NCBI RefSeq assembly: GCF_947568905.1
Contig: NC_079169.1
Location: 6,696,001-6,760,000 of the forward strand
Direction: 5' to 3'
From: Ostrea edulis
Lineage: Eukaryota
DNA length: 64,000 nt
How positions within the stretch are numbered: the stretch's first letter is position 1; every line of letters starts with the position of its first letter. The translations under genes were made by a program, and so were the position numbers. Positions 1 through 12,689 of the stretch are shown in pieces. The notes below the pieces were generated by a model. That model was not told where the DNA came from, searched no databases, and saw only the letters and a list, made by a program, of their open reading frames with translations.

Positions 1-678
1 TATAATATACTGAACACTTCTATGAGTACTTTACATTGTATAATATATAATATACTGAACACTTCTATGAATACTTTACATTGTATATAATATACTGAAC
101 ACTTCTATGAGTACTTTACATTGTATATAATATACTGAACACTTCTATGAATACTTTACATTGTATATAATATACTGAACACTTCTATGAATACTTTACA
201 TTGTATATAATATACTGAACACTTCTATGAATACTTTACATTGTATATAATATACTGAACAATTCTATGAGTACTTTACATTGTATATAATATACTCACC
301 ACTTCTATGAATACTTTACATTGTATATAATATACTCAACACTTCTATGAATACTTTACATTGTATATAATATACTCAACACTTCTATGAATACTTTACA
401 TTGTATATAATATACTGAACACTTCTATGAATACTTTACATTGTATATAATATACTGAACACTTCTATGAGTACTTTACATTGTATATAATATACTGAAC
501 ACTTCTATGAATACTTTACATTGTATATAATATACTGAACACTTCTATGAATACTTTACATTGTATATAATATACTGAACACTTCTATGAGTACTTTACA
601 TTGTATATAATATACTCAACACTTCTATGAATACTTTACATTGTATATAATATACTCAACACTTCTATGAATACTTTA
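1..678. repeat. Tandem array, 40-bp unit (TATAATATACTGAACACTTCTATGA[A/G]TACTTTACATTGTA), ~17 copies, truncated by window start
   Basis: Directly visible head-to-tail repeats without unique spacers. Confidence 0.97.
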
Positions 679-1950
679 TTCTATGGGGTGTAATTAGGTT
701 CAGGGATGTGCACAGAAAGGCAGCTTACTAAACATACGCCTTGATAAATTTCCAGCACGACTTCCAACTGGCATAACTTCTATCCTCCTCTTGTCCAATG
801 CACTTAATTCTAGCCAAGTCTATTATGTACAATGAAATTAGTCCAACCTGTTGTAATCGTAAGATAACACAGATCAATGTTCGGTACAGTTGGGTTGAAC
901 AGGAATTCTTTCTTTGTGTTTCAAACTCTACTGGGTCGTATAGGACACTTATGAAATGCATTTTCATGTTTGTAAAATTCATGAGGGTATGAATTGCAAC
1001 GTTTTAAGCCGACATACTTCGTGAAAATGCTAACTTTGTCGTTACGAGACACCAGAGGAAAATAGACGTCGCACGCGCTATTGGTGTCAATTTCGGTAAC
1101 TTCAAAATGACGTTAAAACACAACGTCAAAACATCGAATTGAATATGATAACTTATGTTAAAAGATGTATAACATAAAATTGTTATGCCAATGGTATAAC
1201 AACTGAGGTAAACACAGCATTAAACCAATGAAATATTTTCCCCGACAAATTGATTTATTAATAATTGGAATATAATATATATATACAGACTGTATATATA
1301 TATATATTCTCCGTGATTTTCATTGAACTTTTCAGTTTAAACCCAATAGGAACAAATTAAAACAACATTTAAAAAATAACGTAGATAATTTCTAAATTTT
1401 GATATAAACAGCGCAAAAGTGAACTATTAAAAATGTTTTGCACATTTTGTAATTTTCAATTTGACAATAATTGAAGAGGAAATTCGTTCAGTTTGATATA
1501 ATGATATGAGATATTACAGTAAGAATAAATATTAAGAACTATGTGGTTCTGGTACATGTTCGGTTAGCGACTAGCACGTCACCCACCGTTATGTACACCG
1601 AAAAATTCTGGCAAATACAATGTCGTAAAACAGGAAGATACATTACATGTATTAAATATAAGCATGTTGCGAGGATTGAGGTATAAATTGATTCACACAT
1701 GGATGTCTGCCGACAGACATACTGTGGTTTATTGTTCATAATTCATTGTCTCTAGTTTTGTAACCAATACAGGTACATTACTGAAGTGAACACGAGTCGC
1801 TCACACACTGCAAAATTGTGAGATGAATATCCTCTGGAATTATAATTTCGTTTTGCATTTCATTTTTCGAATACACTGTATATGTGTAGAACTGGTTGAA
1901 CAGGCACAATAGCAATTTTTTTCTGGTTAAGCTTGAATCTTAAGGGGTTT

Positions 1951-4330
1951 TCATGGCATTGAATAAAAATATTTTCCATGCACAACTTCGTCTCCGGACT
2001 TGAAAGATGCTCCCCACTTGTCGGTTTCGTCATGCTGGAGTACCGTGGGTTTAGATGTTGCTTTGAACAAATAGTAGTCCCTTTCCTCAGACAACAGGGC
2101 TAGGATGAAATTTTTAGAAATTAGTTCGGAGAGAGAATGATATTCATCTGCTTCATCAGCGTCAGTATAGGTATCATTTTTATTCAATTCGGATGAAAAT
2201 TCAACAGGTAGTAGTGTGCCTAGCCATTCTCTTTTAGCACATTTGGCCACGTCACCTTCCATACATTCTTCGCAATCGTAGCATGAGAGGTATCTCACAA
2301 AATGTTCACCGCTGACATTTGAAATTAGTTGATGGATAGATCTGATACCAGGAAGGGGGCTATACAGTCTTGTTTGATTTCGCGGAATTTCTTCAACAAA
2401 ATTGAAAGTTCGGCGTTTTACGTTTGATAAACCTTTTGGATTTCGCAATTTTTTCGAAAGCAAATTGAAACAAGTGTTTGGCATTTTGAATCGTATGCTG
2501 TCCGCGCACAACTGTTAAGTCGGCTTGATTTTTTAAGAACCCGCCCGCTGCATCTTGCGGTCCTTTGGCGTGACTTGTTTCAAAAAAATTTCGGATTAAC
2601 TTTAAGTAACCAAATTCAGCAACAGATTCAGATATGTCCCCAAAACAATGTCTACTCTTGTGTTGTGCTGCACAGTCATCGCAGAATTCGTGCATTGTAT
2701 GGACTTCGCATGAAATAGATAGGAGATATTCGGAAACTAGTTTCTGACAATGATGAGTAAAATATTGGCCATGCTTTTCGTCAGGGGAGATGACAAAGAA
2801 ATGTTCAGTTATCAAATATGGATCTTCCACTGCACTTTCAATACCATCTACTTCGACTCCGAGAATTGCATGCCTATGAATTATCGTTACGTGGATTGAC
2901 ACTTCGGTTCTTTGAAAATAATTGGACTGAATTTCATTTCTATCACAGCATTTGTAATTTTCAGAAAAGTCGTGAATAGTTATGCAATGATTTTGTGGTA
3001 GACTTTGTTGTAAATTTTTGAGTTGCTGCGTTTACCATTTGGCGCGCATATTGTGGGAGGGGAACTTGTGAAGAAGTTCTTTTAGGTGACCGAAAAGTTC
3101 GGCAGGTTTAATAACCATATTTCACCATCATTAGTTTTTTCATTCCCCCTTTTTTAGATTTTACAGTGACATACTCAAAACAATCCCATGTTAAATCTGG
3201 AGAGAGATCGTCCGATTCCTGTTCCTCGGGGTACAAGTATAACTTGTGAACACCGCGTTGTTGACACCGCACTGTTGACAAGCGCGATCCAGGCAAACTT
3301 TTTTGTGATGGTCATCACGTGTAGGGCAAAGTGTTTCGGATACCATTCCATACATATTTTCGTAAAGTTTAGGATTGAAAATATTTGTTTTCCTGTAAGT
3401 CATACAGGCTTTGAAAACGTACTTCATCTCCAAGTGATACCGGCAACAGCATGTTACTCTGTCTTTCGCTCCGGCGGAGCGGATGTAGTATGGCTTACAT
3501 GCCTCAAACAGCCTCTGACCTACTTTGATATGAGGATATTCTAATTTGTAATCATTATGGATTTCTGTTTGAGTTTTTTCTAAAACTTGAACTGCATGTG
3601 AAGAATATTGTTTTGGGCCGATTCTAACGCGCTTCACATCATATTTATTTCCGGTGGGATGAGATTTTCGGGTGCACACCAAAAGTAATATACAAGTTCC
3701 CTGTATTCATCAGAGAGTGCGTCGGATCTTGTTTTCCGCTTTGTAAATTCAAAACAGGAAGAATCTGAGTTAAAAAATTTGCTGCGAAGAGCAGACCCTT
3801 TTGATATCCGTCGGACAGGCAGAGCAAGCTTTTTAGCAAGAGACGATTTCGATTTTGTCTCCTTCACGGAATTTCCACAAATGGAAGCTGCAAGAAAACC
3901 CATAGCTTCCCGAGCTTTGAAATTACTTTTTCTTCTGGAGAGGGAACAACTTTTTTACTTTCCAGTATTTCAACTGCTGGTGAATTTTTGTCACCCAAAA
4001 ATGCACCAATGACAGCTGCTTGTTTTAAAGGAGATTTTAGAAAGTTTAATTTTAATTTTTTCAAGGTTCGGCTTTTTTGCGTTTTGTTTCTAAATGAGAG
4101 ATCTGCCATATCCTGCAATTCATCCGATATTTGATTGGTTTGTGTTTTCTGGCGCCACCTTTCCTGGCTTCTGATTTCTTTGTGCGTTTTAATTCATTTA
4201 ATTTATCAAGTTTTGACTTTAAGTATCTTTGTCTTTTCTTTCGGATCCTGTTGTTTTCTTTTTCAACCCGGTCCCGTTCGCGCTGTTTTCGTTTCCTTAT
4301 AGTTGCAGCTTTAACATGTACATCTAAAGT
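1951..4330 (-). pseudogene. Disrupted DDD-type transposase (Sola2-like)
   Basis: Successive minus-strand ORF pieces: K/R-rich N-terminus, Cys-rich CCCRYH...C..C region, HDFSENY..EIQSNYF (2900-2990), FCDDCAAQHKS, FFETSHAKGPQDAAGG, C-terminal CxxCxxC. Several frameshifts and an in-frame stop near 3035. Family assignment from recalled motif similarity. Confidence 0.75.
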
Positions 4331-4349
4331 ATATTCTACGGCGGTTCTC

Positions 4350-4970
4350 CGGGAAGGAGTTAAAACTGGTTAAAAATTACTGTTGAACGACGTCTTAAAG
4401 ATCAGTATATACAGAAATGGCAAAGTGATATACGGGAGTCATCTAAGGGTGAAACGTATGGCATTTTCAAAAGTGAATTTGGGTTTGAAAAATACTTAAA
4501 TACTTTACCTAAAAAACTTCGAACAATATTTATCAAATTTAGAACTTCAAATCACCAACTCCCAGTAGAGACTGGAAGATGGTGTGGCACTCCTAAAGAC
4601 GAAAGAACTTGCCATATCTGTAATACAGGTCAGATAGCTGACGAATACCATTTTATCCTTGAACGTAATTTTTTTTAATGTTATAGAAGAAAGTATCTGT
4701 GTAGAAAATATTGTCACAAACCTAACTTTTTCAATTTTTCAGAGTTAATGTCAACTTCAGACCCTAATGTACTTATCAAATTGTATAGTTTTATATCTAA
4801 AATATATGATTAATTCTGTCCTCCTTAACTCATTTTATGTATATAAAACAACTCCCTGCTTTTTTCACGTGTACCTTGCATATAATATATTCTATTTGTA
4901 AATATTGTATATATTGTACCTCATGTACCATAATATGGTGTGAGTGAATAAAGTAAACTGAAACTGAAAC
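4350..4970 (+). mobile_element. 5'-truncated non-LTR retrotransposon 3' end (RTEX/CR1-group-like)
   Basis: Translates RLKDQYIQKW...FRTSNHQLPVETGRW...ERTCHICN...DEYHFILE (C-terminal zinc-finger region of LINE ORF2); ends with AATAAA and an (AACTGA)n tail. Confidence 0.8.
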
Positions 4971-6139
4971 TGGCACTCTCGTTACCTATCTACAGGCAAT
5001 ATTTACGTAAACATTAGGATATTCAAGCTAATACAATTTATAATTCTTAAAACAAGGATTGATAGCTAAATTGATAGAAATCAAAATTACCGTCAAAATG
5101 ATATGTAATTTTATATGTAAATTGTTTTTATTCAAATTTAGAACAGCGTAAATGCTGCCATAATGCTATGTAATACGTTTTGACACCAATAGTGTTTTTT
5201 TTTTAAAACTCTTGAGCTGTTAAATGGGGATCAGAAGACAGCAAAGGAGCCCCTGAAGTTTTACATAACCCTCCAATATACCACTAAGTATATTCTACGG
5301 CGGTTCGATGCTTCAAGTACGCGCAAAAAAATTCGTTTGGTTCCATTTCACATTAAAACAGTTATACTGTCTATAAGAATATTAGATAACACAAAACAGA
5401 CTAGATCTACATGTATTTTAGAGTATGATTTAAAGATTCATGTTATCATTCGCACGGTGTAACACATTAGGTTGTTTGCTGTGATGTCTTTCGTGCCCAT
5501 TCCGCGGTGCACATCGTGCTGGATGTTATGCAATCCACATCAGTTTTGTAGATTGTTTCAGTTTTGCCACCTGATTTTGATTGTAAATAAGTCGTAAATC
5601 TGCTCAGTTTGAGGGCAAATCTGCAAATAAACATTGATATTGTATTGTACGAAAACGCCCTGTGTCCAGAATGTATTAACATGTATCTAGATATTTTATT
5701 GACCAATCAAGGGCCTCGGAAGGCATTGAAGTATAATTTAAATATGACTGCTAAAACTGATCAAAATGATGTTGTTTAATTTTTCTAAATTCATTATATA
5801 TTGAATTATACATACTGTATTATGATGATTTGTACGATTATTTAGCATTGTGAGGACTTTGATAAGTCAAATGGATGTGAGCGGATGGTAAGAAAAGTTA
5901 AGTCCAGGAATGCAGAGAGAGAAAGAGAGAATGAGAGAGAGTCCGGACGTTCCTCCCCGAGATTAGTCAAAATGAGAGAGAGAGAGAGAGAGAGAAAATC
6001 CGGACGCTCCTCCCCGATATTAGTCAAAGGTACATATTTTTGCGCATTTTTATGAAGTTAGAGCTTCCCCTTAGGAAAAAACATAGAATTATAATAATTA
6101 TCATTATATGGAAAATAAAAATAATGTAGAAACGAGGAA

Positions 6140-6270
6140 CTTCTGTAGGTGATCGGCGGGGAAATCATAGATTTAGGGGGGGGGGGGTTATCGGTTTCAT
6201 ATTGTGTCTCTAGTGATGGTGGGGGTGGGTGGGGGGTATGTATACGCGCTATCCACACTTCAGGCGCTCG
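6140..6270 (+). repeat. Dispersed repeat, second copy at ~34255-34460
   Basis: Shared blocks GATCGGCGGGGAAATCA and ATCCACACTTCAGGC in both locations. Confidence 0.6.
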
Positions 6271-7949
6271 TCTAAGTAATCAGTTTATCAGTTATATACA
6301 AAATGTACAACTAATGATTTTAAAAAAAATGTTACCTCAAGTACTCAATGACGTTTTATGTGTTTTTGTAATGTAGACAATCATTGTTTTTGCTACCAAA
6401 GGAATCGTAATTTAATTGAGTACTTTTAGAAATAGTGTACCCCATTCCTGATGAAGAACGATTCATCGACATATTAAAATCGCATTTGGAATTACAATCT
6501 CCACGAGATTATTGGGAAAGTGGATTATTTAAAATATGATGGAGGTTGCGCGTGTAAAGAAAGAAACATAAAGAAAGAGCAAAAAACACTTTTTTAAACG
6601 AAACCTACAGATGCAATCATTTACACAGATAATTTCACGTGGTTTTCATACGCAAGTCATTTAAGTTTACACTGTGAGTCAACGCTGATTGAATTATATA
6701 CTTTTGTCTGAGATGAAATGGTAGAAAAGAATAAATATTGGGACTCTATCAAACAAGTTCATCTGGATTTCTGGTTTTCGTCTGTTGTTTTCAGTTTCCA
6801 AGAGTTTTACTCTGACGGCGATGTAACTGTTGCGTCAGGTATGAAGAGTTAAAACCGGCATCAAAGAGCTCCTCTCTGGAGACCTTGATGTGCGAGCTTC
6901 ATCGCCTTCTATTTTTAGAGAGGGTTCTTGTTCGCTGATTTGTAATAATATTCCCTGCGTCAGATCGGTAATGGAGTGGCGGGGATGAGGCTTCGCTTGT
7001 TTTACCAATTACAAAAGATCTAGATGGAAGGTAGCGTAAGTCAAAATCCAGAGTTTGTGAAGCTGGGCGCCGGTATTTGCGTTTTATTGTGGGCTTATCT
7101 GCATTTTTCACAGTTTGTAGCGATATAAAATGTCTTTTACCGTTCAAAACAATAAAATTGTACGATCCTATCAAAAAATAGCTTTAGCATATTCACTCAC
7201 AGAACTCCACGGTCGGATTTGAAATAGTTTGATTTATTTTATTTTTTTGAAGACACTCATGTAAATTCAAACAATCTGGATCGATATCTGTAATATTGAT
7301 ATACCTGTGGAATGAACAGGGCTACCCACACACATACAGGTGTAATGACGTCTATAGATGTGCTATCGCACATGTATATCTATATATCGACAACATTTTA
7401 TCAACTATCACATTCAACATGAAACATCACAGACAAAATTGCTCTAAAACTAATATTTTTTTGTTCTAAAAATGCTTAGGTTTATACAGTTATGAATAGT
7501 GTATATAGATATCCCCCCCCCCCCGGAGAGCGCGCACTCTTGGTAAAAAAACACGGTGCTCCCCGAATAGAAGGCCCTCTGATGGGGCACAGGTAGCGTT
7601 TACCTGTATTTACCTTGGTAACGCAAGATTTACTGTAATAAAATTCATTAAATGTCATAATTTTCCTTATGATATAGATATAAATTGTAGCGTTTTATCA
7701 CGGGTGCTAGATGTTTTAGATAATTTTTTGAAAAAAAATTGTCATTCTGTAAACAAAGTATACACATAAATAATTTGTTTACAGAAAGCCGGGGTATATA
7801 TATTGAATACGTCTTGCTGAGCATCTGAACGTTTTAAATATGATTTGATTAACAATGAAATAGAGGTTAATTTCATACTAGAGAATGTAGCGAGGTTTGT
7901 TCTATGTGGCACCACGCAATAGAGTTTTCCAATCTGTTTACCTTCGATA

Positions 7950-8100
7950 TTTCTACCAATTGAAATGATAGCCATTTCCTCATGAATGTGAACAATGTGC
8001 GTAGGATTCTTGACACATATACCACGACTATTTTAATAGCTAGGAATACTCCGACAGAAATGAAAGTAAAACAAATATAAAAGGTGAATTTTATTTTTGA
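7950..8100 (+). repeat. Dispersed repeat family (core TAGCCATTTCCTCATGAATG...CCGACAGAAATGAAAG); other copies ~10770-10915 (+), ~16185-16320 (+), ~26640-26860 (-), ~46380-46515 (-)
   Basis: Visible pairwise similarity among five loci; element class not determined. Confidence 0.75.
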
Positions 8101-9139
8101 AAATACATGAAAGTATGAACAGCAACGTTTCACGCCAGCCTACTTTTTATGAAGCGTAGCGCTTCATGAATTAAATATGTACATGTATATAATGTATGCT
8201 GGCGTATCTCGTTGCAGTTCATATCCTCATGTATTTTCAAAACTATGTATGAAACAGTGCAGCGAAAATAAGAAATGACTAAAATATTGGTTATTTTTAA
8301 GTGCTCGTAACGACATGTAGATTCATGTAGATGCAATTATTCAATTCTTATTGCATGATTATTTATTCATCCCTAGTTGTGTATTCATGTCCATAAAATG
8401 ACATTATTACTTATTGTGACTTAACAATAATGAATTTTAGACATTTTTGATTTTCATTTCACGGTTTCATTCGTAGTGAGATACACATTTCATTTATCTA
8501 TTTTTACAGTTTCAGAAGTTTTGTGTAGATGTGTGGCGACATCATACTTATAAAGTGAAATTTGTGCGTGCCGTTTAAAAACTAAATTTCAGTTTTGGTA
8601 AAGGTACAGAAGGTAAAAAACATTGGAGCGGTTAGATTGCGTTGAAATATACAGTGGCGGATCTATCTAGAGGTGGTTCAGTGGTGGAATATTACTTTCA
8701 TTTGATTGCAAAAATTTTTAACATTAAAAAGTAATCCTGTCCAAAGGGTTGTTATAGCATGAATACATGAATAAATGTGAGTAAAACAACGAAACTTGAT
8801 CTGAAGAAAATACAGGGCAACTTTTATTTCAAAATATTTATATTGCAAATCACATTTGAACCAACCAATTTCAGCGCGCGACACAATCCGTTCACATTGA
8901 CTATGAACGGATTATGAACTAGCTTAAAAGCACGCGACCGAGGGAGCGTAATGGTTTGAAAAAAATAGAACATCTGTTACAAAGATCTCGCAAGTCACAC
9001 CTTTGGATTAAGATTGTAAACTTACGTGGATTATCATCCCAATCTTGCGGTCTCCTACCTCCAAAATACAGTGCACCTTGCAATGTTGATAAAAGGCAGG
9101 GCCAGACGAAATGTGACGTCATGTTCATGTGTTGACGTA

Positions 9140-10493
9140 CAGCCAACTGCCAAAAGTTTATAGACAAATGGCGGACGTCAATGTCTAAACGTCAACGTAA
9201 TACGGATTTTCAGTGGCTATGAAATTACAAAGAGAATAAATCTTACCTCAGTATTTTGTTATATATCCCTTTGATCTGATCATTTTCAACATTCTGATAG
9301 GTAGGGATCGATAGAGGTTCCGTATGTAAGTAACGGGTATGTTAATCCAGATGTCATTTATATTTCTCTCCAAGTCAGTGACATTGTTTATATTAGAAAG
9401 TCTGCGTTTAAGTTTATTTTTCAACAGAAACCAAATGTTTTCAATTATATTTGCATCAGGTGACTGTGCTGGCCAAAACATACCTGGAATTCTGTTTATT
9501 TGCTTATATTCTTGTACAATTCGGGCAAGGTGAACCGGGGCATTGTCATCTTGAAATATGTAATCGTTAGTAGGAAAAATTTTCACTACAACCGGCCACA
9601 ATTGTTCTTCAAGGATATCAATATATTTATTTGCATTAATGTTGCCATTAACCACCGTTAGTGTGCCAACTCCATTCCAGGTAATGCATCCCCACAACAT
9701 TAAACTCATAGCAGGTTTCGGTGGTGCGCCGGGGCTGATGCACGCTGGTAACCATTCTTCTCCTGCCTTTCTCCAAATATAAACTCGATTGTTTTGTCCC
9801 AAAACAACTTTACATTCATCAGAGAAGATCACTTTTGACCAGTTATAGTCAACAGTCCACCGTCGTTTACCTCTCGCCCATGCCACACGGTTTTTCCTAT
9901 TTTTTCCCGAATCCTAATTTTCTTCATGCATACACGTCGATGGTACTTATTTTTTGACAAATAACGATGAATTGATCTTTCAGACACGGGAACTTGCCTA
10001 CCTTGATTAAATTGTCCTGTTATGTCTTTTAATGGAGTGGTACGGTTAAATTTTACAAGCCGCAATAGTTGACGCTCGTCTCTAACGTCCATTTTTCTGG
10101 GGCGTCCCGATTTTTTAGCATTTCCCGCACTTCCTCGAATTTCACACCGTTTTACAACAGCATACACGGTTTTCCGGTCCATTTTCAAAACCCTAGCAGT
10201 TTCAGAATAATTTCCCGTTTGTCTGTAACTGTCTATGACAATTTGTTTCACAGCTGGCGATAAATTCTTAGACTTTCCCATAGCTAGATTCAGAAGCTTG
10301 TATCAGACGATCATCAAATAAATACCAACATATGACGTCACATATGACGACACAAGACCCTGTACTTATATGTGGTATGCATACGGAATCCCCGTTATCT
10401 ATATATAGAATTTACAAAAGAAAAAACAAGCCACTTCCGTGAAGTTGGAATTTAGATCCGCCATTTTGTCTATAAACTTTTGGCAGGTGGCTG
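9140..10493 (-). mobile_element. Full-length Tc1-family transposon (1354 bp)
   Basis: ~39-bp TIRs CAGCCA(A/C)CTGCCAAAAGTTTATAGACAAA(A)TGGCGGA; TA duplication at 9138-9139 and 10494-10495; DD34E transposase inside. Confidence 0.93.
9248..10281 (-). pseudogene. Tc1 DD34E transposase with one frameshift
   Basis: HTH + SGRPRK N-terminal ORF (9829-10281) and catalytic ORF (FSDE, QDDNA-x34-E in SPDANIIE, 9248-9886). Adding one base to the T6 run at 9900-9905 fuses them into a 344-aa ORF. Confidence 0.9.
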
Positions 10494-11323
10494 TACGTCA
10501 CAATAACAACTGTGACAGAGGCTAGGAGTTCGCAACAAAATAGAAGCAATGTAAACAAACGGTGTTTTAGTAAATGAATATAAATATAAGAAATGAACAT
10601 CACTTTTGAGCTGTTCATGGTCAATATGAACGGATTTCGATTTGATGCAAATTCTCTGTGAATCGCTAGCGCGATTCACAGAATTTGCCTCAAATCCTTT
10701 TAATCCGTTCATACTGACCATGAACAGCTCAAAAGTGATGTTCATTTCTTAAATATCTATACATTTCCAAGCTTTTGCCTTTGAGATCTTTACCAATTGT
10801 AATAATAGCCATTTCCTCATGAATGCGATGCAGCTGTGAACAGTGCGTGTGAATCCTGATAAATATAGAACGTCTATTTTAACGGCTGGGAATTCCGACA
10901 GAAATCAAAGAATGTTAATACCAACAACAACAAAAAAAAAAAAAAAAAATAGATTTCCACGAAGCATCTCAGTTCATGCCCTCGTGTATTTTCAAAAATA
11001 AAATTTATATTTCTTTAAAGAGTTGACTTTTGAAGAACTTGACCTGTAGTCTATAACCCCCCCCCCCCACCCCACCCCACCCCCCCCCCCCCAAAAGGAA
11101 AGGGCTATAACTCTTGTAAATAGGTGTTGAAAAGCGCCACAACTGTTCAACCATGACGCTAGTCGAGCGTGATCCGTAATTGACCAGTACTTACAGGGGT
11201 CACAAAGCAAGTGGAAGTAGATAGCGGAAATGAAGTGTTACAGACAGACTAACGGACAGACTGAGATGAAACCTTTACATAGTTCCCTTGAGGTGTTTTT
11301 TTCGGTAAGTGAGAAGTAGGTTT

Positions 11324-11915
11324 TCATGCCCCCCCCCCCCCTACAAAAGATGGGGGCATATTATTTTGCACCTGTCGGTCTGAAGACTAATTCTTGTCCA
11401 CTCAATATATGAAAAGAACCCCTTCCTTGACAGATATCAAACTTTGTATACTGGCACATCTTAAGGAGTACATGACCCTAAGTGCTTTTGAGGTCACATG
11501 GTTAAAGGTCAAGGGTCAATCCACTTTGGAAGAAAGATAGATAAACTGAGAACTCTTCCCTTGACCGACATCAGACATCGGTACACTGGTACATCTGAAG
11601 GAGTAGATAAACTCTTGATTTTGGGCTCACTTGGCCAATGGTCAATCTGGACATAGTGATATATTGTCTCCTCTATATTTTGAGAATCGTTTGGTTGATT
11701 GACACCAAACTTGGTACACTGCTACATCCTAAGGAGTAGATGCCCCTATTGATTTTGGGGTCATGTGATCAAAGGTCAAGCCAATCTAGACATAGAAAGA
11801 TATTGCCCGCTTATTATCTTGAATTGTGTTGGCGCTAACATCGTTTATTTTTTTTAAGATGATGCATGTGTTTAACCCTTTTCAATTTTGCACCACGGGG
11901 GGCTTATATGTTTCT
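11324..11915 (+). mobile_element. pearl/HINE-like non-autonomous (Helentron-associated) element with internal core repeats
   Basis: 5' ATGCCCCC..GGGGGCAT inverted pair, internal ~120-160-bp repeats with GGTCAAAGGTCAAG and CAAACTTGGTACACTG, 3' GGGGGC subterminal copy. Confidence 0.6.
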
Positions 11916-12689
11916 GAAATTTTTTTGCTTTTCTTAAGGTCAAGAGGGTTCGTTGGAAGTTTATCACCAGCGGACCATGGTACTAAGTAATTGTGTTCTA
12001 ACTCTTCGTCACACAAAGTTAATTTTGCTTGGAATCAAGAGATCCAAGATGTCCTTGCCATAAATAGTCCTTTACTATTTTCTTCCTACTAATTAGGTTC
12101 CGTGAGGTAGGGTGCTAATGTCTTCCACAGTTGTTCATGATACACGATTGGGGAATAGGGTCTGCGGTGAAATATTTTGATTGTGCATCTAATTCTTAGA
12201 GCACACCTCACCAAAACGCTCTAACGATGTAAAATCGAATGGAAAAGTCTTTGTTCTGTGACATTCAATCTAGCGATAAAGCAGACAACTGTTGTTTTAT
12301 CAAAGGAAATCCTATTAGATCTTATAAAAAAAGAAGATATTTTCAGTATTTCTTATTCTACTTTATCGTGGAAGTTTTATCCACTATCACAGACATAATG
12401 AGTAACAGCTGTACAATGTGTTTTCTGTTCAGTCTGTCGTTACTGCGCTGAATGTTTCTAATAATTAATTATTGTTCAATATTGAAATGATCGATGTGAC
12501 ACGTGATGTTTCTAATTGTTCTTTGCTTGATTATATTTATAATTACAGGACTTGTGAGATTTACTAGCTACTATTTAAACGTCTATTGGTAATTTTAAAA
12601 AGAAAAAAAAACTCAACTCAAACTTAAAGGAAGCTTAATTCGAAGGGTAGCTGACAGGTACACATTGATTGCAGTTTGTATTGAATGCT

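Larger units (their letters stand above)
983..5273 (-). mobile_element. Decayed Sola2-like DNA transposon with a nested LINE fragment
   Basis: Candidate termini GAGGGTATG (983) and CATAACCCTC (5264-5273); subterminal inverted 13-mer CTATTGGTGTCAA (1078-1090) / TTGACACCAATAG (5180-5192); internal transposase remnants. No clean TSD found, so the ends are tentative. Confidence 0.55.
8870..10765. mobile_element. Non-autonomous hairpin + long-palindrome element (Crypton-like), interrupted by a Tc1 insertion
   Basis: Short hairpin AATCCGTTCA..TGAACGGATT at ~8888-8915; 163-bp quasi-palindrome 10588-10750 whose arms contain the same motif; no TSD seen. Boundaries approximate. Confidence 0.5.

Noticed and set aside
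1-678. Regular repeat arrays (also 27778-29250, 42394-42810) as CRISPR arrays
   Set aside because: Units are head-to-tail with no unique spacers, no cas genes, and the context is eukaryotic
6899-7174. 91-aa minus-strand ORF in a slightly GC-richer patch
   Set aside because: No recognisable domain or consistent splice partners; left unassigned
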